Shown here: positions 9,394-19,352 of the stretch, one piece after another
Layout of the letters: every line of letters starts with the position of its first letter
Position numbering within the stretch: the first letter of the stretch is position 1
Assembly: GCA_013214975.1 (NCBI GenBank)
Contig: JABSPR010000004.1
Location: 1 to 48,722, forward strand
DNA length: 48,722 nt
Reading direction: 5' to 3'
Source: Flavobacteriales bacterium
GTDB lineage: Bacteria > Bacteroidota > Bacteroidia > DT-38
Translations under genes and position numbers: made by a program
The notes under the pieces: generated by a model
The model's input: only the letters and a program-made list of their open reading frames with translations
What the model was told of the DNA's origin: nothing
Databases searched by the model: none

Positions 9394-10740
9394 ATGAGAA
9401 GATACATTTTATCCATAGTATTAATTTTAGGAGGAGCAATAAGTTCTATTGCCCAAACAACGCCTACAATTGTGTTTTTTCCGCCTAGCGGATGTGTTGA
9501 CGCTGACTTAACTTTTACGAGTAGCTCGTTTGTGGCGGATGGCATTCAAGACACGGAATGGGATTTCGATAATAATGGAACAATAGATGCTACAGGCCTA
9601 ACTGTAACAAACCCTTTTACTAATTCTGGTCCGCAATCAGTTAGATTAACCGTTACTTCAAATGCTGGCATTACAAATTCAACAGTTGCAACAGTATTGG
9701 TTTATCCAAACCCAAGTGCCGCAATTAGCATTCCAACAGTAGGATGCCTTGAAGCTAACGTTGCGTTTACCGCCACGGATACTTTAATTTTTGATTATAA
9801 CGATATCGCTACTTTTTCATGGGATTTTGGTGATGGTTCCCCCGTATTAACTGGGTCGTCCGTATCACATACATATACGACTGTTACTACTGGGGTATCC
9901 CCTTCCTTAACAATGACTTCTAATGAAGCATGTATAACGGTTGAAACATTTACTTTATCTGTAAACAATGGGCCATTAGCTGCGTTTACAAGTAATATTG
10001 CTTGTTTAGGAGATAGTACATACTTAACAAACACATCTACGCCAGGTCTTTCGCCTTTGGCAACTTCTACTTGGTATTTTAATGATCCCTTATCTGATGA
10101 CAATACTTCAATGGAGATAGGAACAGGCTCTGTGGTTCATGAATATTTGAATGCAGGAACCTATGGAGATACATTAATAGTTATTGACGAAGTGGGATGT
10201 ATTGACACCGTAATAAATACAGTAACTGTGGAAATCCCTCTTCAAGCTTTAGCTATTTCAGGTAATACTACATTATTTGATCTTGAATCAAGTCTTACTT
10301 CTTTAAGTACAACAGAGTCTTTTACATCTTATGCTTGGTATAAATCAGATTCTATTTATTTGGGTAGTTCTACTATACTAGAGAATGTTATGGATTCAGG
10401 AAGCTATAGTGTAAGTGTTTTAGATGGAAGTGGATGTTCTTTAAGTACTAGTATTTACATTACTGAAATTAGCGCTACTCTAAGTGCCAAAAATATAATT
10501 ACTCCAAACGGAGACGGAAAAAATGAAGTATGGATCATTGATGACCTTGCCTCTTTTACGTCATGCGAAGTTCAAATCTTTAACCGTTGGGGGAAAAACG
10601 TATATAGTGAGGATATTTATAACAATAGTTGGAATGGAACATTTGAAGGAAATCCCTTACCTGAAGGTGTTTATTTTTACACTGTAAATTGCCCTACAGA
10701 AGAAATAAGCGGAACTGGATCAATTACTTTGTTGAGATAA
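9394..10740 (+). CDS. PKD-repeat secreted protein with a T9SS type-B C-terminal sorting domain
   Basis: 448 aa with signal peptide ...SSIA|Q. PKD signatures are WDFDNNGTIDATG and WDFGDGS. The last 82 aa (10492..10737), NIITPNGDGKNEVW...IFNRWGKNVY...WNGTFEGNPLPEGVYFYTV, match the gliding-motility-associated (type B) CTD pattern. Confidence 0.8.
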   Translation: MRRYILSIVLILGGAISSIAQTTPTIVFFPPSGCVDADLTFTSSSFVADGIQDTEWDFDNNGTIDATGLTVTNPFTNSGPQSVRLTVTSNAGITNSTVATVLVYPNPSAAISIPTVGCLEANVAFTATDTLIFDYNDIATFSWDFGDGSPVLTGSSVSHTYTTVTTGVSPSLTMTSNEACITVETFTLSVNNGPLAAFTSNIACLGDSTYLTNTSTPGLSPLATSTWYFNDPLSDDNTSMEIGTGSVVHEYLNAGTYGDTLIVIDEVGCIDTVINTVTVEIPLQALAISGNTTLFDLESSLTSLSTTESFTSYAWYKSDSIYLGSSTILENVMDSGSYSVSVLDGSGCSLSTSIYITEISATLSAKNIITPNGDGKNEVWIIDDLASFTSCEVQIFNRWGKNVYSEDIYNNSWNGTFEGNPLPEGVYFYTVNCPTEEISGTGSITLLR

Positions 10741-10741
10741 A

Positions 10742-12196
10742 ATGAACGGACGATCTACATATAATATTATCAAAGCTAGCCTGGTTGGGTTATGTCTTGC
10801 TATGCCATTTTCTCTTTTGGCACAACAATCTCCTATTACCAACCAGTTTATGACTAACCACTTCGTTTATTCACCTGCATTTGCCGGTGCTGAAGGAGAT
10901 TGGAAAGGAAATATTTCTTACCGAAAAGAATGGGTAGGAATCTCTGGTGCACCTATTACAAAATTTATTAATGTAAACGGTCCAGTTGCTGGCAACGGTG
11001 GCTTCGGCGCTTCATTGATAAGCGAAGATATTGGAATGATTAAATCCACTAATGGATCGTTGAGTTATGCTTACCATTTAGAAGTAGGATCTGATCACAC
11101 GATAAGTTTTGGTGTTAATGGCGGATTCCATGAGAATCGAATTAATTTATCAGATATGAACGTTGATGATGGCTCTGATGATGTATTCTTAAATTCGATG
11201 GGTGGGCTAAACAATTCTTTTGTTGGTACTGCATTAGATATAGGTGCTGGAATTAACTACACGTATGAAGACGCTACCGTTGGAGTAAGCGTACCCAACT
11301 TGCTAGGAAATTCAACTTTTTACCAAAATCAAAATAGCAACCTGAACTATACCTACGCTCGACATTATTTAATGCATGCCTCATTTGAGTTTGGAATTAA
11401 AGACGACTTATTACGATTTGAACCAATACTAATAGGTAGACTAAGTCAAAATAGCCCTGTTCAAGTTGAAGCTGCAGTACTCACGAAATATGACGACTGG
11501 ATTTGGGTTGGTCTAGGGTTTAGATCAGGAGGTATTTACCATGCTTCAGGTGGTGCAATGATCAGTGATAAAATAAATATTTTATACTCGTATGAATTTG
11601 GATTTGCAGGAATAACAGCTCAATCAAGTGGTTCGCATGAAATTGGATTAGGATTTAATATTAGTGGTAGTGGCGACGGTGGCGGTAGCAAGAAAGACGA
11701 TGCTCTTGAAGATGTTAAACCTCTGATTGACAGCCTAGGTGCTCTATATGCTGCATTAGAAGCAAGAGTCGATTACGATTCTGTAAGAATAGATAGCTTA
11801 GATGCGAGAATATTTGATTTAGAGCATGATGTAGTGGATAACAAAGAAGTTGCTGTTGCAGATATTGGACGAGTTAAAGGAGAAGTTAATGAGCTAGACA
11901 GAGCTATTCACGGATCAGAAAACTTATCTGTAATTGATACAGAAACCGGCGAACAACAATCATTGAAACAAGGTTACTATGTTGTGATCGAAGCATTCAG
12001 AAGTTTCTCAAATGCCAAGGTTGGAATTATGCAATGGGATAAAAAAGGCAAGACATCGTTCATTGTATTTAATAGCGAACGAGAATGGTACTACATCTAC
12101 CTATCTGAATACGATTCGTATGAACATGCGAAAAAAGACCGTGATGCAATGCGAGATGCAGGCTATACGGACGTTTGGATCCACAAATTTCAATAA
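10742..12196 (+). CDS. PorP/SprF-family T9SS outer-membrane protein with a C-terminal coiled-coil linker and SPOR-like domain
   Basis: 484 aa. The N-terminus ...SLLA|QQSPITNQFMTNHFVYSPAFAG is the typical PorP/SprF start. A beta-rich body runs to about residue 310, followed by the hinge GSGDGGGS and an acidic helical stretch. The last 74 aa (11972..12193), GYYVVIEAFRSFSNAKV...YYIYLSEYDSYEHAKKDRDAMRDAGYTDVWI, fit the SPOR pattern. Confidence 0.75.
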   Translation: MNGRSTYNIIKASLVGLCLAMPFSLLAQQSPITNQFMTNHFVYSPAFAGAEGDWKGNISYRKEWVGISGAPITKFINVNGPVAGNGGFGASLISEDIGMIKSTNGSLSYAYHLEVGSDHTISFGVNGGFHENRINLSDMNVDDGSDDVFLNSMGGLNNSFVGTALDIGAGINYTYEDATVGVSVPNLLGNSTFYQNQNSNLNYTYARHYLMHASFEFGIKDDLLRFEPILIGRLSQNSPVQVEAAVLTKYDDWIWVGLGFRSGGIYHASGGAMISDKINILYSYEFGFAGITAQSSGSHEIGLGFNISGSGDGGGSKKDDALEDVKPLIDSLGALYAALEARVDYDSVRIDSLDARIFDLEHDVVDNKEVAVADIGRVKGEVNELDRAIHGSENLSVIDTETGEQQSLKQGYYVVIEAFRSFSNAKVGIMQWDKKGKTSFIVFNSEREWYYIYLSEYDSYEHAKKDRDAMRDAGYTDVWIHKFQ

Positions 12197-12227
12197 CATT
12201 TGATATCGACTGATTATTAAGTCGGAA

Positions 12228-12791
12228 TTAATACAGCCTATTTTTCTGAATATAATTCATTACAGAATCTGGTACCATTTCAGTGATATTGCCTTTCTCA
12301 GCAATTTGCTCCCTAATAGAGGTAGATGACCATGGTATTAAAGGTGCTTCATTAAAGAATTGATATGCGCCATTAACTTCTACCTCTTTCTTTATATCTC
12401 TTGGGTAGACTAGAATCTCATGATTTAAAATAATGTCCTTGTAGTTTTTCCAGAGGTTCAGCGTATCTATATTGTCATCCCCAACAATTAGGCTAAACTT
12501 CTTATCTCTATGTAAATCACGTAATAGCTGCAGCGTAGAATAAGTATAATTTGGTTTAGGCAAACCAAATTCTATATCACAAATAGATATCGAAGTATTA
12601 TTACAGGCTAATCGGCACATTTCTAAGCGCTGATCGCCAGATACCGTTTGACTCATATCCTTAAAGGGATTCGCCGGCGTAACTACTAGCCAAACTTCAT
12701 CTATACAGTCTTGTTTCATGAAGTATTCTGCAACCGAAATATGACCTTTATGAATTGGATTAAACGACCCGAAAAGCAATCCAATATTCAT
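12228..12791 (-). CDS. nadD: Nicotinate-nucleotide adenylyltransferase
   Basis: 187 aa. GSFNPIHKGH is the (H/T)xGH motif. Size and the C-terminal SSTSIR motif are typical. Confidence 0.9.
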   Translation of the reverse strand: MNIGLLFGSFNPIHKGHISVAEYFMKQDCIDEVWLVVTPANPFKDMSQTVSGDQRLEMCRLACNNTSISICDIEFGLPKPNYTYSTLQLLRDLHRDKKFSLIVGDDNIDTLNLWKNYKDIILNHEILVYPRDIKKEVEVNGAYQFFNEAPLIPWSSTSIREQIAEKGNITEMVPDSVMNYIQKNRLY

Positions 12792-12800
12792 AGAGTAAAT

Positions 12801-13361
12801 TTATTTAAGGAAAGATCTCACTATTTGCTCAGTCTCTTCACAAGCTACCAAAAGTTGATCATTCACAACAATTTTATCAAATTCTTCCGATCTCAACATT
12901 TCCTCTTCTGCTCTTTCCAAACGCTCTTCGATACTTCTTGGAGATTCAGTACCTCTATTAAGCAATCTCTGTTTTAAAGCCTCTTTTGATGGGGGCATAA
13001 TAAAAATTGATAGCGCTTTATCACCATATTCTTTCTTAATGTTTATTGCACCAAGAACATCTACATCGAATATTACATTCTCACCCAAATCGAATATCCT
13101 TTCGAGCTCAGATTTAAGAGTACCATAAAACAAACCGTCATAAACCTCTTCCCATTCTACAAACTCATTTTGAGCCAATTTCTCCTTGAACTCTTTTGTT
13201 GAAAGAAAATAGTAGTCTTTCCCATCTACTTCACCAGGTCGCATTTTCCTACTGCAAGCAGAAATAGAAAACCTCAAATTCAAATTGCACTTGATCAAAT
13301 GTTTCATGATAGTGGTTTTCCCAGCACCTGAAGGAGAAGAAAGAATAATCATTTTTTTCAT
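12801..13361 (-). CDS. gmk: Guanylate kinase
   Basis: 186 aa with P-loop SSPSGAGKTT and SACSRKMRPGEVDGKDYYF, the GMP-binding signature. Confidence 0.95.
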   Translation of the reverse strand: MKKMIILSSPSGAGKTTIMKHLIKCNLNLRFSISACSRKMRPGEVDGKDYYFLSTKEFKEKLAQNEFVEWEEVYDGLFYGTLKSELERIFDLGENVIFDVDVLGAINIKKEYGDKALSIFIMPPSKEALKQRLLNRGTESPRSIEERLERAEEEMLRSEEFDKIVVNDQLLVACEETEQIVRSFLK

Positions 13362-13366
13362 CCGAA

Positions 13367-14242
13367 CTACAATATATTTAACAGTTGTTCTTTAATCTTC
13401 TCTAACTCATCTTTCATCTCAACTATTACCTTTTGCATGCTTGCATCATTTGCCTTAGAGCCAATCGTATTAATCTCTCTCCCCATTTCTTGGGTTATAA
13501 AACTTAGTTTCTTACCCTCTGAATTCCCAGATTTCAAAACGTTTATAAAATAATCCAAATGGCTTTTCAATCGCACCTTTTCTTCAGTAATATCAATCTT
13601 TTGGAGATAATAAATTAATTCCTGTTCAAGCCGATTTTCATCTATTCTATCTTTTTCAATTAACTCTTCTAACGACTGCTTAATCTTGTCTTTAATATAT
13701 TCTTCTCTCTTATACTCAAATTTCTCAATCTCAACCAACGCTTTCCCAATCAAGTCTATACGAATTACAACGTCCTTCTCTAATACGTCTCCTTCCATAA
13801 TCCTGAACGCATCCAGTTCTTTCGCAGCGCTATGTATTCCTTCTCTCACCTTACTCCACTCGTTCTCATCAAAATCATGTGACTTAGATATCATGATATC
13901 TGGCATTTTCAGGATCAAACTCAAATAATCGACATTAGAGTCATTATTAAGCCCTTCATTAATTTCCTTCAATTCTTTATAATAAGAATTAACCTTTTCC
14001 CTATCTATTTCCTTCCCTTTTTCTCCACCAATGTTCTCATAAGAAATACGCACGTCAATTTTACCTCTAACAAATTTTTCCGCTAAAAAAGATCTTATCT
14101 CAAGCTCTTTATCCCTAAACAAATCAGGCATCTTTAAACTAACATCCAATTGCTTACTATTCAATGACTTCATTAGAACTTGAAATCTTCTAATTTCGCC
14201 ATCAATTAGAGTTTTACCGTAGCCGGTCATTGATTTTATCAT
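13367..14242 (-). CDS. yicC: YicC-family protein (stress-induced endoribonuclease family)
   Basis: 291 aa. The N-terminus MIKSMTGYG and the C-terminus EMGREINTIGSKAND are YicC N- and C-domain signatures. The yicC-gmk-nadD gene order is a conserved arrangement. Confidence 0.85.
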   Translation of the reverse strand: MIKSMTGYGKTLIDGEIRRFQVLMKSLNSKQLDVSLKMPDLFRDKELEIRSFLAEKFVRGKIDVRISYENIGGEKGKEIDREKVNSYYKELKEINEGLNNDSNVDYLSLILKMPDIMISKSHDFDENEWSKVREGIHSAAKELDAFRIMEGDVLEKDVVIRIDLIGKALVEIEKFEYKREEYIKDKIKQSLEELIEKDRIDENRLEQELIYYLQKIDITEEKVRLKSHLDYFINVLKSGNSEGKKLSFITQEMGREINTIGSKANDASMQKVIVEMKDELEKIKEQLLNIL

Positions 14243-14291
14243 GATATAAATATTTTATATAAAGGTAAGGAAAGAGTGAGAAATTCGAAGT

Positions 14292-15179
14292 CTATTTAAC
14301 CAATGAGGTTGGCCTGCTCACCAGATAAACTCCACCTAAAATAATTACCACCGAAATAACTTTAATTAGGTCCAATTCATCCTGCCCCATCAGTATAGCA
14401 AAGAATGCCGCTAAGAGAGGTTGTAAATAAATATAGGTACTTGCTACCGAAGGAGATAATTTGACAAGAGCAAACGTATTTAACAAATACGCAAAACATG
14501 TAGTAACAAAAACTACAAAGAGAACAGCTCCCCAAATATCAAGACCAAAACTGCTCCACTCTACTTCCATTACTTCCGAAAAGCCAAAAGGCATAACGAA
14601 AAACACACCGAAAGAGAACACCCATTTAACAACGGTTAAAGGGTTGTATTTCTGTAATAATCCTTTTACCAATGAAATATAAATTCCATAAGAAAGAGAA
14701 TTGATTAATATATACATATCGCCCTCTATAGTCTCCGAACCGAAAGAGAAATCCTTTTTAAAACTCAATAATAGTAGAGCACCAATTAAGCCAAGTGCTA
14801 TTCCAGTAATTTTAAAAATTGTAACTCTTTCACGAATAATTACACTAGCTATTATTAATACTAAAATCGGATTGGAAGTCATTATTATTGAAGCGTTTAT
14901 TGGCGTGGTAAGGTTGAGCCCTTTCAAAAACATCAATTGATTTAAAGCAACACCAAACACAGCGCATAATGCAAATTTCAGATAGTCATTGTTATCTATT
15001 TTTTCCTTTTTAGAGATAAAATGCAAACACCAAAAGAAAATTGCCGCACCAGTAGCTCTTAATACTACAAAGCCAAATGGCTCAACAAAATCAGGCATAA
15101 CCAACTTTGCTATCGAATAATTTACACCATAAATTATGTTAGCAATGAGCAAAGCCACATGGGCCATCCACCTTGTCAT
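14292..15179 (-). CDS. EamA/DMT-superfamily transporter
   Basis: 295 aa with about 10 hydrophobic helices in two EamA-like halves. Confidence 0.8.
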   Translation of the reverse strand: MTRWMAHVALLIANIIYGVNYSIAKLVMPDFVEPFGFVVLRATGAAIFFWCLHFISKKEKIDNNDYLKFALCAVFGVALNQLMFLKGLNLTTPINASIIMTSNPILVLIIASVIIRERVTIFKITGIALGLIGALLLLSFKKDFSFGSETIEGDMYILINSLSYGIYISLVKGLLQKYNPLTVVKWVFSFGVFFVMPFGFSEVMEVEWSSFGLDIWGAVLFVVFVTTCFAYLLNTFALVKLSPSVASTYIYLQPLLAAFFAILMGQDELDLIKVISVVIILGGVYLVSRPTSLVK

Positions 15180-15532
15180 TATGCTTTGAGAGTCAATTTT
15201 AGTGATTCAATATTATTTTTCGAATTCCCAATAAAGATTTCTTTGTTTATCAAGGAAACCGGTCTTTTAAGAAAAGTATAATCTTCTAATATTAGTTTCT
15301 TAATGTCTATTTCAGACAAATTTTTGTCCCCTAACTTCATAGTCCTATATTTGATAGCTTTACGACTAAACAAAGCTTCATAGGAACCACTAAGAGCTCG
15401 CATTTCCAATAATTGCTCCTCCGTAATTTTATTACTTTTGATATCTTGTAATTCAAAACTTTCGTCAATGGAAATCTCTTTCAGTATCCTACTGCAAGTT
15501 GAGCAAGTTGATAAATGATATATTTTCTTCAT
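15179..15532 (-). CDS. ArsC/Spx-family thioredoxin-fold protein
   Basis: 117 aa. The N-terminus IYHLSTCSTCSRI and the size fit the ArsC/YffB family. Its stop overlaps the EamA start as TAATG. Confidence 0.6.
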   Translation of the reverse strand: MKKIYHLSTCSTCSRILKEISIDESFELQDIKSNKITEEQLLEMRALSGSYEALFSRKAIKYRTMKLGDKNLSEIDIKKLILEDYTFLKRPVSLINKEIFIGNSKNNIESLKLTLKA

Positions 15533-15564
15533 TGGTATTTTTTTACAAAATTAGCAATTAACAT

Positions 15565-16620
15565 ATGAGTATCTCCGGAACTAAAAAGGAAAGTAAAAGA
15601 GTTCTACGATTACGAATGACCGTCTTCCCTATTCTAATAGGTCTAGGCATATCATATTATCTTCTACAAGATGAATTCAAAGAATATGGGATTCCAGAAT
15701 TTACACTTTCATTAACGAATTGCCTTCTAATATTTGTTATCATTTTATTGGCCTCTTTACGTGATTTGGCTTACATGTATAGAATAAGGATTATAACAGA
15801 TAAAGTAATTAGCTGGAAAAACTCTTTTAATATTATTTTTCTTTGGGAATTTGCATCCGCAGTAACGCCTTCGATAGTAGGTGGCTCATCGGTAGCATTT
15901 TACATACTCTACAAAGAAGGTCTTTCACCAGGAAAGAGCACTGCTACAGTGCTGATCACCGCTCTTTTCGACGAGTTGTTTCTGATTATATTTGCTCCTT
16001 TTACTATTCTTTTAGTAGGAAGTTCCGTTGTTTTCAACCAAGATACAGACCTCTCTATCTTTGGCACTCAACTTCCCATAAAGAGTATATTTTACGTAGG
16101 CTATGGGATTCTAAGTATTCTCTCCATCGTTTTATTCAGCGCTATTTTTGTGGCACCTAATCTAATTCGGAAAATCATTTTATTAGCTTTCAATCTACCT
16201 GTATTAAGATTAAAAAAGGAATTTGGCCTAAAGTTTAGTAATGATTTAGAAACGAGTTCTATAGAATTTCGAAACAAACCAGCTTTTTTCTGGCTTCAAA
16301 TCGGACTGGCAACTGCTGTATCTTGGCTCTCCAGATACTCTGTTTTAATCTTTATCATTCTTTTATTTACGCCCTTATCTAGCTATAGCATCGTAATAGC
16401 AAAACAACTTGTAATGTGGATAATAATGTTGGTTTCTCCTACTCCAGGTAGTTCAGGAATAGCCGAATATATATTCACCTTATTTCTTGCTGGACTTATC
16501 CCCGTTTCTATCATCTCAAGCCTCGCTATTTTATGGCGTCTTGTGACATTTTATCCCTATTTGTTTATAGGTGCTCTCATATTGCCTGGATGGACGAAAA
16601 GAAAGTTCGCAAAACCCTAG
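15565..16620 (+). CDS. Flippase-like (UPF0104 / lysyl-PG synthase transmembrane-domain family) membrane protein
   Basis: 351 aa with about 8 TM helices and a C-terminal SPTPGSSGIAEY motif typical of the family. Confidence 0.6.
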   Translation: MSISGTKKESKRVLRLRMTVFPILIGLGISYYLLQDEFKEYGIPEFTLSLTNCLLIFVIILLASLRDLAYMYRIRIITDKVISWKNSFNIIFLWEFASAVTPSIVGGSSVAFYILYKEGLSPGKSTATVLITALFDELFLIIFAPFTILLVGSSVVFNQDTDLSIFGTQLPIKSIFYVGYGILSILSIVLFSAIFVAPNLIRKIILLAFNLPVLRLKKEFGLKFSNDLETSSIEFRNKPAFFWLQIGLATAVSWLSRYSVLIFIILLFTPLSSYSIVIAKQLVMWIIMLVSPTPGSSGIAEYIFTLFLAGLIPVSIISSLAILWRLVTFYPYLFIGALILPGWTKRKFAKP

Positions 16621-16673
16621 ATATAACCGTACTATTTTAGTTTTTTTGCACCTTAAATTTAATAGACGAAATA

Positions 16674-17819
16674 ATGAAATTCGGAACTAAAGTAATACAC
16701 GCAGCAATTGAACCAGATTCGGCTACAGGAGCAATAATGACTCCAATATACCAGACCTCGACGTTCGTTCAGACTGCACCAGGTGAGCACAAAGGTTATG
16801 AGTACTCAAGGTCTCAAAATCCAACTAGACACACTTTAGAAAAGAATTTAGCCGCTTTAGAGAATGCCAAGCATGGATTATGCTTTGCTAGCGGCATGGC
16901 AGCAACCGATGCTATCATTAAATTATTAAGCCCAGGTGATGAAGTTATTTCTACGAATGACCTTTACGGTGGTAGTTACAGAATATTCGAAACAATCTTT
17001 AAGAACTATGGCATAGTTTTCCATTTTGTTCCAATGAATGATACTGCCGCTATTAAAGAAAAGTTGAATGATAATACTAAAATGATTTGGGTGGAGACAC
17101 CGACAAATCCAATGATGAATATCATTGATATCAAAGCTGTATCTGAAATATCTAAAAGCAAGGATCTAATCTTAGTTGTAGATAATACTTTTGCATCGCC
17201 TTACTTACAAAACCCAATGGATTTAGGTGCAGACATTATTATACATTCAATCACCAAATACATTGGTGGTCATTCGGATGTAATAATGGGTGCTGCCATT
17301 TGTAATAATGATAACTTACAAGAAAGATTGGCATTTATTCAAAATACATGTGGTGCTGTTCCAGGACCTCAGGATTCGTTCTTGGTACTAAGAGGTATTA
17401 AAACTTTACATCTTAGAATGCAACGTCATTGTGAGAATACAGAAAAAATGGCGAATCACTTACGTAACCATGACAAGGTTGAAAAAGTTTTCTGGCCAGG
17501 ATTTGAAGATCATCCAAACCATAGTATTGCAAAAGAACAAATGAGTGGCTTCGGAGGAAACTTATCATTTATCATCAGAGGGAATAAAATGGAGGATGCC
17601 TATACTTTCTTAAGCAGTGTTAGGGTATTTACTCTTGCAGAGTCTTTAGGTGGTGTTGAGTCATTATGTTCACATCCAGCTTCTATGACCCATGCAGCTA
17701 TCCCTAAAGAGATAAGAGAACGAAGTGGTGTAGTTGATTCTTTAATACGTTTTAGTGTTGGGGTTGAAGACATAGAAGATCTTATTGTTGATATCGATCA
17801 AGCGCTAAGTAAAATATAA
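16674..17819 (+). CDS. PLP-dependent trans-sulfuration enzyme (cystathionine gamma-lyase/gamma-synthase/beta-lyase family)
   Basis: 381 aa with the PLP-lysine motif HSITKYIGGHSD and FASGMAA. Exact reaction specificity cannot be told from the sequence. Confidence 0.85.
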   Translation: MKFGTKVIHAAIEPDSATGAIMTPIYQTSTFVQTAPGEHKGYEYSRSQNPTRHTLEKNLAALENAKHGLCFASGMAATDAIIKLLSPGDEVISTNDLYGGSYRIFETIFKNYGIVFHFVPMNDTAAIKEKLNDNTKMIWVETPTNPMMNIIDIKAVSEISKSKDLILVVDNTFASPYLQNPMDLGADIIIHSITKYIGGHSDVIMGAAICNNDNLQERLAFIQNTCGAVPGPQDSFLVLRGIKTLHLRMQRHCENTEKMANHLRNHDKVEKVFWPGFEDHPNHSIAKEQMSGFGGNLSFIIRGNKMEDAYTFLSSVRVFTLAESLGGVESLCSHPASMTHAAIPKEIRERSGVVDSLIRFSVGVEDIEDLIVDIDQALSKI

Positions 17820-17874
17820 ATTTAAGTAGTAAGCTTAGATTAAATCAAGCGTTCCAAAAATAAAAGTTTAAGAC

Positions 17875-17906
17875 ATAAAAAATGTGAGCATTTGCTCACA
17901 CTTTTT
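17875..17906. terminator. Bidirectional Rho-independent terminator
   Basis: An A-run, then TGTGAGCA tt TGCTCACA (17883..17900), then CTTTTT. It lies between convergent genes. Confidence 0.6.
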
Positions 17907-17934
17907 ATTGTTTAATATTAACTCTTCTTTATAA

Positions 17935-18375
17935 TCAGTCTTTAAAACCAATTAGAAGTGAGATACATCCACTAGGTAAAATCCCTGTTGTTGTCTCTGA
18001 TTTAGGAGCTACAATTCTTATAGTTAATCTTTGCGTCGCATCAACATTAAAATCGAAGTTATCATCTCCGCCTCCGTTGCTATATAATTCTTTACCATCT
18101 CCATCAATTAACATAAAGACTACTTCTCCTAGAACTTCTTGTGTTCCAACCAATACTCTATAATCTTGGCCTTTGTAAAACACCATGCCAATTTCAACGG
18201 TTTCTCCAGCTGCTATGACAGCACTGTTAAACTGCCCATTATGGATATAAGGTGCCAATTGTGGTACACATTTCTTTTTTGTAAACGATTTACACTGAGC
18301 CTGGCTATCAACGTTAATTCCCACTAACATTAAAAAGGCAGATGCCAATACGATATATAATTTTGCTTTTATCAT
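17935..18375 (-). CDS. Hypothetical secreted protein (beta-rich, 3 Cys)
   Basis: 146 aa with signal peptide ...DSQA|QCKS. No family recognised. Confidence 0.55.
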   Translation of the reverse strand: MIKAKLYIVLASAFLMLVGINVDSQAQCKSFTKKKCVPQLAPYIHNGQFNSAVIAAGETVEIGMVFYKGQDYRVLVGTQEVLGEVVFMLIDGDGKELYSNGGGDDNFDFNVDATQRLTIRIVAPKSETTTGILPSGCISLLIGFKD

Positions 18376-18394
18376 GGTTCTATCTATTAAAATA

Positions 18395-19315
18395 TTAATT
18401 GACTATTCCGCTTCTAATTGCGCCTACTTTATCAGCAATTTGTCCTAATAACTCATTAGGAATCAAAATTTCACTTTTAGTAGTAATGCTATGAACTTTA
18501 GACTCTTCGTTCAGTTCAACGTTGTTCTCGCCGATTTTTATATCAACCGCTTCAAATATTGTAGACAATTCTGCTAACTGAGCTTTAAGCGCATTCAAAT
18601 CTTCATCATTAAAGTTCTCTAACAATTTAATCAGATCTTCAAGAGATAATTTTTGTTCTGCAACTCTTTCCAATATTTCATTATTATCAGGTATTTGCAA
18701 TGCCAATTGTGCTGCAATGTATAAACCTTCAATCCAGCCACCTGTTACAATAACAGCTGAGACATCTGCTCTGTCGTTTTCTTTTAAATACGACTCAGAT
18801 GACCAATATGATTCAGAAATAATTTGAACCAATGTATCTTTATTACCCAAGTTCTGTTGAATTCTATATACGTTCTCAGCAGAGAATGCACTGGTTATTC
18901 CTAATCCATCCGCTAATTTCTTAGCACAAGAAAAATACAACATAGACTCTTGTGTTTGTCCGAATATACTAGTGTAACTTAAATCTGCACCGTATATACC
19001 AAGGTTAAGTGCTTTAGAGCTATTTGTTGAATAGTTATCCACATTCTTAACATCGTTTAAAATATCACCAGAATAAGTAGCACCTGTTTTTTTAATAATT
19101 GCTGCCATCTCTATTGGTGATGGAATAGCATAAAATATTTTCTCTGAACTAGATTGAATTAACTCATCCTTATTTACGTCAGGAATAGCTTCTTCTTCAG
19201 AAACAGCCTCTTCAGACTCCGCTCCTCCTTCCTCACTTGCGCATCCCACAGCAAGAAATACCGCTAACTGAACTAGTAATAAATAAAATATATTTTTTGT
19301 TGAAATTGTTTTCAT
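18395..19315 (-). CDS. Hypothetical lipoprotein (acidic linker plus helical domain)
   Basis: 306 aa with lipobox FLAVGCASEE followed by a Glu/Ser-rich linker. No family recognised. Confidence 0.6.
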   Translation of the reverse strand: MKTISTKNIFYLLLVQLAVFLAVGCASEEGGAESEEAVSEEEAIPDVNKDELIQSSSEKIFYAIPSPIEMAAIIKKTGATYSGDILNDVKNVDNYSTNSSKALNLGIYGADLSYTSIFGQTQESMLYFSCAKKLADGLGITSAFSAENVYRIQQNLGNKDTLVQIISESYWSSESYLKENDRADVSAVIVTGGWIEGLYIAAQLALQIPDNNEILERVAEQKLSLEDLIKLLENFNDEDLNALKAQLAELSTIFEAVDIKIGENNVELNEESKVHSITTKSEILIPNELLGQIADKVGAIRSGIVN

Positions 19316-19352
19316 AATACTTAATTAGGTTATATACTGAAATAGTACTGAA

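Noticed and set aside
15179-15532. ArsC-family gene as part of an arsenic resistance operon
   Set aside because: No arsB/acr3/arsR is nearby. Small ArsC/Spx/YffB-family proteins are common stand-alone redox proteins.
15843-16160. 105-aa same-strand alternative-frame ORF inside the UPF0104 gene
   Set aside because: It has an Arg/Ser/Cys-rich nonsense-like composition and is fully nested in a coherent membrane-protein frame.
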